DNA from: Chiloscyllium plagiosum
Lineage: Eukaryota
Assembly (NCBI RefSeq): GCF_004010195.1
Contig: NC_057728.1
Span: forward strand, 51,608,552-51,672,551
Direction of reading: 5' to 3'
Length of the DNA: 64,000 nucleotides
This document shows, in pieces, positions 28,008-39,900 of this stretch. The notes under the pieces were generated by a model. That model was not told the origin of the DNA. It made no database searches and saw only the letters and a program-made list of their open reading frames with translations. The stretch's first letter is position 1, and the number at the start of each line of letters is the position of its first letter. Both the position numbers and the translations under genes were made by a program.

Positions 28008-28672
28008 TCAATCCAATTTGTCTTTCCTACTGCCAGTGAGTGGGACTTTGTACTTTATGGCAGAGACCCCGCCCACCTGGCTGGAGACCCCACCTGCTAA
28101 GCTGGAGACCCTGTCCACCAGACTGGAGACTCCGCCCACCTGGCTTGAGACCCCGCCCACCTACCTGGAAACTTGCTAAGCTGGAGACCCCGCCTGCCAA
28201 GATGGAGACCCCACCTACCAGACTGGAGGCCCTGCCCACCTGGCTGGAGACCCCGCCCACCTACCTGGAAACTTGCTAAGCTGGAGACCCCGCCTGCCAA
28301 GCTGTAGACCCCACCTACCAGACTGGAGGCCCCACCCACCTGGATGGAGACCCCGTCTGCCAAGCTGGAGACCGCCACCCACCAGACTGGATACCCCGCC
28401 CACCTGGCTGGAGACCCCATCTGCTCAGCTGGAGACCCTGTCCACCAGACTGGAGACTCCGCCCACCTGGCTGGAGACCCCGCCCACCTACCTGGAAAAG
28501 TTGCTAAGCTGGAGACCCCACCTGCCAAGCTGGAGGCCCCGCCCACCTGGCAGGAGACCCCGCCCACCTACCTGGAAACTTGCTAAACGGGAGACCCCGC
28601 CTGCCAAGCTGGAGATCGCCGCCCACCAGACTGGAGACCCCGCCCAACAGACTGGAGACCCCGCCCACCAGC
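28008..28672 (-). pseudogene. Degenerate duplicate of the tmem263 last exon with an internal 21-bp repeat expansion
   Basis: 28160-28008 translates VGGVSSQVGGVSSLVDRVSSLAGGVSSQVGGVSAIKYKVPLTGSRKDKLD*, matching the tmem263 C-terminus. There is an in-frame TAG at 28163-28161, and 37-nt and 22-nt units upstream shift the frame. Confidence 0.8.
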
Positions 28673-28907
28673 CTGATAGATCATAAAGAACAGAAGGGAA
28701 TAGAGAAACTCCGTAGGTCTGTCGGCATCTGTGGAGAAAAAGAAACAATGTGAATGTTTCTCGTCCAGTCCTCCTCTTCAGAATTAGTAAGGCCTACAGA
28801 GAATCAGAAGGTATTGCTGTCCGAAAGTGAAACAAGGGAAACCACAATGTGTTATGTAAATTAAACAAAGCGGACACAATGGTTGAAGTCTGACATTGTT
28901 AAGCTCA

Positions 28908-29209
28908 AACTTTATTGCTGGAACAGCACAGCAGGTCAGGCAGCATCCAGGGAACAGGAGATTCGACGTTTCGGGCACAGGCCCTTCTTCAGGAATGAGC
29001 AGAGAGTGTTCAGCAGGAGAAGATAAAAGGTAGGGAGCCTCCCTATCTTTTATCTTCTCCTGCTGAACACTCTCTGCTCATTCCTGAAGAAGGGCCTGTG
29101 CCCGAAACGTCGAATCTCCTGTTCCCTGGATGCTGCCTGACCTGCTGTGCTGTTCCAGCAATAAAGTTTCAACTTTGATCTCCAGCATCTGCAGACCTCA
29201 CTTTCTCCT
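28908..29209. mobile_element. Young Penelope pLTR hairpin insertion with two hammerhead cores
   Basis: Near-perfect inverted arms of ~130 bp centred at ~29038; 14-bp TSD cattgttaagctca (28894-28907 and 29210-29223). Confidence 0.9.
29080..29115 (+). ncRNA. Minimal type I hammerhead ribozyme (PLE-associated)
   Basis: ATTC-CTGAAGA-A-GGGC-CTGT-GCCC-GAAA-C-GTC-GAAT: conserved core, stem II, stem I (ATTC/GAAT) and palindromic ACGT stem III. Confidence 0.75.
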
Positions 29210-29669
29210 CATTGTTAAGCTCATGTTGTTAAACTCAATGTGGAGTCTGAAGACGACAAAGTGCCTGACAGTTCCTGTCTGCACAGGTATGTTCATAAAC
29301 TGCTGAATACTTCTAGCATTTTATGAAAGAAGACATGTTGGTCGAAACTATGACAACATTTAACAGAATCACCTGCAATGAAGTTTCGGCTGACTGTGAG
29401 ATAATGGTATGGTAATTCCATTGTCAATGGACTAGAGGCAAAGGCTAATGTTTTGAGGACATGGGTTTGAATCACACCTGATGCAATTGAAATTCAACTA
29501 ATAAAAAATCTGAACTAGCGAGTTAATCTCAGCAATGGTGTTCCTGAAATTACCATTAAAAATCTGCTGCTGGCCTTACCAGACCCACAGTACTGTGGCT
29601 GACTCCGAAAGGGTCTGGCAAATCACTCCATTCAAGAGCAAATAGGTTTGGACAACAAATGGCCACATA

Positions 29670-30280
29670 AGTAGGTAGGATGTTAGAGAAGGTGTACAGC
29701 TTGCTTGCCTTTAATGGTCGGGGAATCAAGAACAAGAGTCAGGATGTCATGTTGCAGCTTTAAAAGACTTTAGTTCGGCCACACTTAGAGTATTGTGTTC
29801 AATTCTTGTCATCATATTATAGGAAGGATGTGGAGACTTTGGAGAGGGTGCAGAAGTGGTATACCAGGATGCCGCCTGGATTAGAGGGTATGAGCTATAA
29901 GGAGAGACTAGAAAAACTCAGGTTGTTTTTTCTGGAGCGGCAGAGGGTGAGGGGACATTGATAGAAACCTATAAAGTAGTGAGATGCATAGATAGGTTTG
30001 ACAATCAGAATCTTTTTCCCAGAGATGAAATGTCTAAAACTAGAGGGTATGCATTTAAGGTGAGGGGGGCAAGTTCAAAGTAGATGTGAGGGGCAAGTTT
30101 TTTACACAGAGGGTGTTAGGTATGTGGAGGCAGATACGATAAGGGCGTTTCAGGGACTTTTAGATAAGCACATCAATATGCAAGGAATGGAGGAATATGG
30201 ACCAAGGGCAGGCAGAAGGGATTAGTTTAATTTGGCATCAAGTTCGTCACAACATTATGGGCTGAAGGGCCCAGTTCTAA
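29670..30280 (+). mobile_element. CR1 LINE 3' part
   Basis: ttagttcggccacacttagagtattgtgttcaattc (LVRPHLEYCVQF), followed by the 3' UTR. Confidence 0.85.
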
Positions 30281-30369
30281 GTTTAAGAATGCCCACACCT
30301 CATAAATGAATTTTTTAAAAACTGAAGAGTAACGTGGACATACTGCATCTCAAGGATGAATTTGTTTTT

Positions 30370-30705
30370 GATTAGATTACATTACTTACAGTGTGGAAAC
30401 AGGCCCTTCGGCCCAACAAGTCCACACCGACCCGCAACCCACCCCCCAACACCTAACACTACGGGCAATTTAGTGCAACACGAAATGTTTCGTTCTCCAC
30501 AGTGCACCTAACACTACAGGCAATTTAGCATGACCAATTCACCTAACCTGCACATTTTTGGATTGTGGGAGGATACCCGGAGGAAACCCACGCAGACACG
30601 GGGAGAATGTGTAAACTCCACACTGAGAGTTGCCTGAGGTGGGAATTGAACCCGGGTCTCTAGTGCTGTGATGCAGCAGTGCTAACCACTGTGCCAGCAT
30701 ATCGC
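30370..30705 (-). mobile_element. HE1 SINE containing a ~40-bp foreign insert
   Basis: HE1 body and tail; the insert at 30472-30512 matches 30855-30895. Confidence 0.88.
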
Positions 30706-31869
30706 CCTCTCTCCTTCACTGTAAACACCAATATCTTATGTAAAACTATGTATTCAGATTTGTACTACACAGACATAGCTGCATTGCAATGCTGCAATTC
30801 TCAAATGATATGGAGCTGAACTTCCCATTTTGTGTGAAAGCTGTCCCTGCTCACAGTGCAACACAAAATGTATTCTTCTCCACAGTGCACCTAACATCAA
30901 AAACATGCTGTCCAACTTCGTTTCAAACTTAGTTCCTTTTGGAACTCATTGCTATACAGAAGGCCATGGAGGCCGAGTCATGAGTGTATTTAATACAGAT
31001 CGGTTCTTGATAAGTAAGGGAATCAAGGGTTACAGGAAGAAAGCAAGAGAATGGGGTTGAGAAACATATCAGCTGTGATCAAATGATAGAGCAGACTCAA
31101 TGAACTGAATGGTCTAAGTCTGCTCTTCTATCTTATGGTATTAAGGTTGTTTTACTTGAAGCAGAGAAGGCTGAGTGCGGAACTGATCGAGGTCTACAAA
31201 GCTGTGAGGGCGATAGATAGGGTCGATAAGAATACACCTTTTCCCTTAGTGGTGGGGATTACTAGAGTTCTAGTGGGCATTGATTTAAGATATTTTCACC
31301 TAGAGGGTGTTGAGTACCTGGAACTCACTGGCAGATATGGTGGTAGGGGCAGGCATCATTCTGACATTTAAGAAGTGTTTAGATTCACACTCAAAATGCC
31401 ATTTATGACAAAGCACCAACCAAGTGCTGGGAAATTTGATTAGATTATAAAGATGTTTGATGACCTGTATGGACTCAATGGGATGAAGGACCTCTTGCTG
31501 TGCTGTAAACCTCTATGACTCTATAACTCAGCCTTATTAAATTTCAAGTTTAAATTTCAGATACATTTCTGGAGAGTGGCAGCATCTTTTGGAAAGCTGT
31601 GATCTGAGACCATCCTCCGACAGGAAGCCTCACTTGGACCTCAGTACAACTCCATAATGAACCTCTGAAGAGACATAAAGAATGCTGGTCATTACTAAAG
31701 GAGTGTCCTCTCTGTATGGGGTTCAGCTGCTGCAGGCTAGTTAATGATGTAAAATGATGCCAAGAGTGTGGGTTCAATTCCTGCACCAGCTGAGATTTAC
31801 CAGGAAGGATTTTCCTTCTCAAACTCTCTGGGCTGTGGTAACCCTCAGGTTAAACTACTGCCAATAGGT

Positions 31870-32920
31870 CAGTGGGATTGCCTTGGGATTAACTGAGGGT
31901 TATGTTTGTGAGAGAGAGAGTGCAGCTGGTGAGTTAAGCTTGAAGTTGATACAGGGCTATATGTTAGAGTTCGGGTCATGGTATTGGATTAGATGAAAGT
32001 GGGTACTGAAGAGTTGGAGATTAGAGTCAAGACTAGAGTAGTGCTGGAAAAGCACAGCAGGTCTGGCAGCACCCGAAGAGCAGGAAGATCTACGTTTCGG
32101 GCAAAAGCCTTTCATCAGGAGGTATTGAATTGCAGAGTTGATAGGGCTGGGTTTGTCATTAGCAGTTCCAGCGCCTAAGTTAACATGGTCCATCCAGCTT
32201 CAATTCATTTGTTCAGCATTTGTAATATTTAATACAACTGAATGGCTTGCCAGGCCAGTTTAGAAGGTGTTTAAGTCATCACATTGCTGTGAGTCTGGAG
32301 TTGCATGTATGCCAGACCAGGTAAGGTGGCAGATATCCACCTCTAGAGCACATTAGTGAACTTTAGCTGTAGTTCAGTACATAACACTCTCATCTCTGAG
32401 TCACTTAGTTTTCAAGAGAACCTCAACACCAGGACAAAGATGAAGCTGTTGGTATGGGATGATACTGATGTTCAAGATCCTATCCTTCAGACTAACTGAT
32501 AAATTGAGGCCATGTCTGCCTTCTCAGGTGGGTGTAAAAAAATTGTATGACTCGATTTCCGGGGAAAACAGAGAGTCTCTCTTGAGGCCTGATCAGTGTT
32601 CACTCATGTATTAATATTATTCATTCAGGATCATATTGGTGTTTGTGGGAGCTTGCTGTGTACAATTTTGGCAGACTTCTTGTACCACAGCACTCCAAAA
32701 GGGGACCTCAGTAACAGAAAAGCACTGTAGGTCCTGAGGATGTCAAAGGCGCTCTAGAAATGTAGGTTAATTCTTTCAGTCACAGGTTGGTGGCTGGAAC
32801 ACACATGAAACCTACACCAGACAAATTCCAAGGTTATTTTACAGATTTATTCTGGAGCAATGACCCAGGACTGTAGGAGTGAGAACAGGTTGATGAAAAC
32901 ACCAGTGATGTGTGAATAAG
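31870..32920. repeat. Segmental duplication, copy B (paralog of 26140-27110); carries a PLE insertion at ~31991-32120
   Basis: Collinear with copy A at an offset of ~5.7 kb. The PLE is flanked by ggtattg(g/a)att and is absent from copy A. Confidence 0.85.
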
Positions 32921-33718
32921 GATGGTGAGTATCTGGAACTCACTGGTGGAAATGGTGGTAGAGGCAGGAACCTTGTGATGACCCTCTTGTAAATTACGCT
33001 CTTTAATGAGAGAGCATTCAAATGGTCTGTTAGGACTATGGTAGGACCACTTCACCTGTTTACAGTAGGGACTGAGCACGTTAAACCCAGGATTTGCAAT
33101 TCATAGATGGTAGATATGGTATGCAGGTAGATGGCAGAAAGACAGTAAATTGGCATCAAGGAATAGAATTGGTGTAGCACAATGGGCCAAATGGACTCTC
33201 TCTACTCCATAACAATTCTGTGAAATGGATGAATGAATCATGATTTTTTTTAAAATACACAGTAACTGATCATTTCATTCAAATAGACGTATTAAAAATA
33301 AGACTGGCCACTTTGCAAAATGATTCTCTGGTGTGCTAAATTCACCCAATTTCCATTCACTTGTCAATTACCTTTTGGTTTGTATTAACAAGTTTAAATC
33401 TTGCCACCTTTTCGGCAAACACTGGGTGTACCCCCCTTAGACGGTGTCCAGCTTTCAATACTACACCCAACCATAGGGATTTGCAAAGTTTATGTACCCT
33501 GATTGCATTTCCAATCACCAGTAACGTGAAACCGAGAGCGGGGGCATTTATCACAAGTGCTTTTAGCAGCATTTTCCACACAAAAGTAAAACACAAATCG
33601 CATTTGGGCGCGATTAACGCCAGGGAACAGAGCCCCTTTTCTGTTTGCAGTCCCAGGAAGACAATGTGCTGCCCCACTTTCCCTGGTTCCTGCCCCCGGA
33701 AGCGAGGGGGTCCCGCCT

Positions 33719-34042
<324 letters not shown>

Positions 34043-34129
34043 TCAGCGCCCTCCGAGTCTTCCCAAGTTAGTGTACATCGATACTAACTCCCTACCAACC
34101 CCAACCCTCCCTACTCCCTCACTCCCTCA

Positions 34130-35277
34130 TTGTTCAAATGTTTGGACAGAGTGCTAGATAATTCCTGGGCATTGCTGCAGAACAATATCAGGATTGCAGT
34201 GGATTACAAATCCCTGCCCTTTATTTTGGCAACGGTGCTATACAGTATCGCCAAATCTAAGTTAGTCATATATACGTTTATATATGAGATTGTCATTACA
34301 TAGAGGTTGTCAGTATGTATTAGTTTGTCTATATATATATATATATATATATATGTCTACATATATGAGTTTGTTAGGTTCTTGGGTGCCCACGGGCTAA
34401 CTCTTTCATCTCAACTAAACTGACAACAAGCTGGCATTCCACAGATCCCCAGATGCTTTGAATTCAATCATGCACTTGGTCCTGCCTGCAAAGCGATCTT
34501 GGAATCTCGGTGTAAATCCATCACCTTTCCCCGTGCTCTGGTTAACTGGGGAAACACACAGAGTGAAGAACGATTTTAATATAGGCACAATGCTCAAACA
34601 CTTGTCAAAGTTCCTCCTGAGAGCTGTTTGGTGCATGGATATCACATGCCCAGTCATATATTTATATCCAGCTCTACCAAGATCATTCCACATCGCATTC
34701 TCTGCACAGATTGTGGCAGTCTTTCTATTCAATGTCTCAATTAGAGACGAAGAGTTCCGAACTGACAATATCTCAGGCAGCCCGTGGGGGCACTTAGCAA
34801 ACCAGAAACTGGGAACGTGGAACTGAACAGCGTCCCTTGGTGCAGAGTCATGTGAAAATCTCCCAGCGCGCAGCCAGCTCTGCATCGGTTTCAATGGGTG
34901 ACTATGGGGAATTGTTACACTTAACTGCCTACAGCAGTGCGTGCAGGACCTGGATCCCAGTCAGACAGTGGAGCCTAAACTCTACCAGTCAACTTGCCAG
35001 AAATCAAACTCCCTCTCAGGGAGTTGTTCAAAAGTTTAACAACAAGAGCTTGGACAGAATGCTAGATAATTCCTGGGCATTGCTGCAGAACAATATCAGG
35101 ATTGCAGTGGATTAAAAATCCCTGCCCCTTATTGATGCTCTTTTGGCAACGGTGCTATACAGTATCGCCAGATATAAGTTAGTCATATATACGTTTATAT
35201 TTGAGATTGCCAGTACAGAGGGGTTGTATTAGTTGTCTATGTATATATGTCTACATATATGAGTTTGTCAGGTTCTT
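34130..35277. repeat. Pair of ~250-bp direct repeats (34130-34383 and 35024-35277)
   Basis: Shared tgctagataattcctgggcattgctgcagaacaatatcaggattgcagtggatta ... tatgtctacatatatgagtttgt.aggttctt. Confidence 0.9.
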
Positions 35278-35354
35278 AAATAACCACATTTGCTCAGGTT
35301 ATCCTACATTTGCAACATGCCACTGGAGCAGGGTAATTAAATGAAGCATTGAGA

Positions 35355-35867
35355 TATTTATACAGGGCATCGGGATGGGATATTTAAACAGGGCACTGGG
35401 GTGGGGTATTTAAACAGGGCACTGGGGAAGGGTATTTAAACAGGGCACAGGGATGGGGTATTTAAATAGGGCACAGGGGCAGGGTATTTAAACAGGGCAC
35501 TGGGATAGAATATTTAAACAGGGCACAGCGGTGGTGTATTTAAACAGGGCACTGGGGTGGGGTATTTAAACAGGGCACAGGAGCAAGGTATTTAAACAGG
35601 GCATTTAAACAGGATACTGGGATGGGGTATTTAAACAGGGCACAGGGATGGGAGATTTAAACAGGGCACTGGGGTGGGGTATTTAAACAGGATACTGGGA
35701 TGGTGTATTTAAACAGGGCACTGGGATGGGGTATTTAAACAGGATACTGGGATGGGGTATTTAAACAGGGCACGGGGCAAGGTATTTAAACAGGGCACTG
35801 GGATGGGAGATTTAAACAGGGCACTGGGGCAGGGTATTTAAACAGGGCACTGGGACAGGGTTATTTA
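35355..35867. repeat. 26-bp minisatellite (tatttaaacagggcactggggtgggg), about 19 units
   Basis: Direct tandem repeats. Confidence 0.95.
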
Positions 35868-36649
35868 TGAATCCAACTGTATAGCAATGGGATGGAATGT
35901 TGATCTCCCTATAGTAAGTCATCCATTCAAGGATAATTTTGGATGAGCAAAAAATGCTGGCATTGTCAGCGATACTCAAGTCCCATGAAAGAATAAGCAA
36001 TGGAGGGTTTAGTTGCTACAGCATGGCAATTAGAAGGAACAATACCTCTAGTGTCAACCTGAGCTCATTGGGAGCAAGAGTCAAAAAGTGTGGTGCTGGA
36101 AAAGCACAGCAGGTCAGACAGCATCCAAGGAGCAGGAGAGTCAACATTGCAGGCATAAGCCCTTCATCGTTCCTGACTCTTTTTGACTCTGATCTCCTCA
36201 TTGGGAGTAAGTCCCATTTGACCTATGTTGAGTATGCAATCCACATTGAGCTGCCAGTGTTGAGGGAGGGTTGCATTACTGAAGGTGCCAACTTCTCAGT
36301 GAGGCATTCTACCAAAATCAGCTGCCTGATCATTTGGACATAATTGGGAGAAGCTTAAGGAATTTGTCTTCTATTCTGGGAAAGATTCCTCTTTTGTTAA
36401 AAGACTGCGGCACATCTTAAATAACCAAGTGCTAAGAGTGGGAGAGTAGTGTGGCTGATTTCAGACCGGGTCAAATGCCAATCCCAAGATCTCTGGGGAC
36501 TGCCGAAATGGCATCTGTTTCAGATGAGAGTTTGAGGTTAGCTCCATATCTCATTTACAATCAGATCACAGGTCGCAGAAACTAGGCTCAGTGTTTTAAT
36601 GAAGCATACACACAAACACTCACAGTCTGTCTGTCTCACACACACACAC

Positions 36650-36975
36650 CACAAGGTTATAGTGCAACAGGTTTATTTGGAAGCACTAGATTTTGGAGCG
36701 CCGCTCCTTCATCAGATGGTTGTAGAGGTTAAGATCATGCTCACAGATTTATCATCTTTAATCTAACATTGTTTATTGTATCACATCTCCATGACACTGG
36801 ACTCCTTTGGCTATAAATTCTGTGGACATGATCTTATTCTCCACAACCACCTGATGAAGGAGCAGCGCTCTGAAAGCTAGTGCTTCCAAATAAACTTGTT
36901 GGACTATAACCTGGTGTTTGTGAGATTTTTAACTTTGTCTACCCCTATCCAACACTGGCTCCTCCAAGTCATGAC
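36650..36975. mobile_element. Second-family Penelope-like inverted pLTR within a (CA)-rich tract
   Basis: CTGATGAAGGAGCAGCGCTCTGAAAGCTA at 36851 and its inverted, diverged copy at ~36683-36716. Confidence 0.75.
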
Positions 36976-39900
36976 AACTCAAACACACACTCACACCTAC
37001 GCAAACTTTCACTCACCCACACACAACTAAAGCACATTCTCATACACATGCAATTTCACACAAAGACTTGCACACAACTTACAAATACACTCTCTAACAC
37101 ACTGTCACACAAAGACTCACACGTGCTCTTACATAACTACACACACACGTTTGCACACAGACACACTTCACATATCACTCTCAAACAGACACACACACTT
37201 TCACACAAACAGTGTTGCTAAGGTAGTGAGCAGGTACAAGGTGAAGTTAAACTGTTAAGTGAGCTCTTTGAAGAGTGAGAATGTGAGGTTGGGCGGATGC
37301 TGGCTGTGGTGTGAATGCCCAGCAGACCAGGAACATTTGAGGACAGGAATTGCTGCCAGTTGCAAATTCCTGCAAGTAAAGAGAATGATCTTGTGGCCAT
37401 CTGCAGATTCCCTTCAAGGGGTGCTTCAAACAAACTTTGCAAGTGAAATGAACAACCACTGCCTGAGACGCTTTTCAGGAGCTCATGTCAGAACTAAAAT
37501 ATAATCAAGCTAATGGCGCAGTTCACCTACATTTGACATTTCTTCAGGCGATGAGATGTTACACCATGGCTCCCTCTGCCCTTTCTGGTTGATACAGAAG
37601 ACCCAGTGGTGTTAATTCACTGCATTATTACAGTACAGAAGGGGACCATTGTGTCTGCACTGGCTCTATGAGCATTTCACCTTGGCATCAGTCTCCTGCC
37701 CTTTTTCTGCAAATCTGCAGCCTCTTGAGTTGAATCTGCCTTAATTGCTTTTCCAGGCAGTGTATCCCAGATCCCAACTACATACTGATGAGGAAGGTTG
37801 GGGCAATCTCCCTGCCCAAGGTTTATTGTTACCAAAAATGACTAAGATAGATCATCTGAGCGTTTACAAACTGGCTGTCACAAGAACGCAAGTAATAGAA
37901 GCTGGAGAAAATTATTCAGCCTCTCAAGCCTGGCCTGCTATTCGAAAAGATCATGCTAATCTGTCCTGAACCTCAACTCCTGTTTTGTGCTAGCTCCTCA
38001 TAGCCCTCAACTTCCTGATAATTCATAACTCTATCTACTTCACCTTTAAATACTTTCAGTGTAGCCTCCCCAACTTCCTGGGGTAGAGATTGCCAGGTAT
38101 TCACTATCCCCTGGAGGAGATGAAATCCCTTCGCATCTCAGTTTTAAATGAGCATCTCCTTATTTGTAACTAGATTATCTAGCACAAGATTCACCCGCAA
38201 GCAGAGACATCTACTCTATCAAACCCCCTCAGAACCTTAAATTTATTTCTGCAATTTCCTTATTTGATTTGCTCTTGGGACATGAGTACCAACATTTATT
38301 GTCCATCCCTAACTGCCCTAGAGAAGGTGGTGGTGAGCTACTGTCTTGAACCACTCAGTCCATGTTGTGTGGAGACAGCCATAATACTGTTAAGAGTTCC
38401 AGGAACTTGATCCAGCGACACTGGAGGAGGGACACTATATTTCCCAAGTCAGGATGGTTTGTGACTGTGAGAGGACCTTGGGGGTGGTGGTGTTTCCATG
38501 TATCTGCTGTCGTTGTCCTTCCACCTGGCAGAGTCTGTGGGTTTGGAAGATGCCATCAAAGGAGCCTTCATCTGATATACCAGTTGTTATAACAGCAGCT
38601 TTTCAAGGACTTGATCAGATGCAAAGCATTCCGGGGCTTCCCAAGGTTACATGCAAGATGTGACATTTCTTTGCAAAGTATACCTGCAAGTTCATTCTCA
38701 AGGGTTTCTGCAAAAGTTAGCAGCATCAACGTTCTAATGAAAATGGTACTACTTAGTTCTGAAGTGCAGTGGCAAACTAAAATAAAACTAATAAAACACT
38801 TTGGAGCGCTTTTTCTCCCCCATCCAAGTAGCTTCCATTTGAATGTAGCACAGTACTGAAAGTGCACTGGGCAAATCAAAATAGGAGAGCAATTCATAAT
38901 TTATAACTGTACGGGGCATACATGTGCACCACAGAGATTTAACAAGGCACCTTGATTGTCAGACAGTTACCTTTCTAAACCATCTGAAATATTTATTGAG
39001 AACAAGGGAACAGAACAGTGGTTAGTGAGGATTGTTCTTTCCACTCTGCAGTCTCTCCGCATTATAATTGGAGTCTGCATTGCAGGAGGAGTGCTGCACC
39101 GGATGCTCACTATTGTTTTGAAGTCAGATGTCTGCTGTGGAGCAGAGTGCAATTAAAGTTACTTTGGTGTTCCCTGTTGTCATGCTGTAGCTTTCAGGCT
39201 AGATTTCTCAATTCCCAGAGTGTTCTCTGGACGGCATGCACTTCCCTGACCTTTTGACAATCCCATGGATTGTCTGGTTTCCAGAGTGACTCCCAGCTTA
39301 GAGCCATAGAGGTTTACAGCATGGAAACAGGCCCTTCAGCCCACATTGTCTATGCCGCCCTGTTTTCATTTAGTCCCATTTAGCGGTGTGATTTTCCGTG
39401 TACTAATCCTAGATTGGCTTGATTCACTGATTGTGGCTGTAATGAGCCTGATGATCAAGCTGAGCGTTTGTGAAATTCAACTGAAACATTCAACAGTCAT
39501 ACAGCATGCTACTGACTAATAATCCAGAGGCCCTGGCCTCGTGGATTCAAATCTCACCATAGGATGGGCAACAGGTGGAATATTAATTCATTGAATTATA
39601 AATCTGACAGATCACAGACTGTCCTAAAAATGTCAGGCTGACTAATATTTTTGAAGGAATCATGTCTGCTATTCTTACCTGGTCTGGCCTACATGTGACC
39701 CACAGTGATGTGATGGCCTCTTAACTGTCCTCTGAAATTGTTGATAAAGCTACCCTGTTGAAGAGTAATTAGGGATGGGCAACAAATCCTTGTTTTATGG
39801 ATACTCCACATTCCACAAAAGTATGAAGTCCACAGATTTAATATATCAGGAATCTTCACTGGAGATTATAATCATGTCAATCCTATACTTAAAGAGTCTA

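Noticed and set aside
39400..39490. Possible C/D box snoRNA (tgatga...ctga)
   Set aside because: Boxes are too close together, there is no terminal stem, and it is antisense to the host gene.
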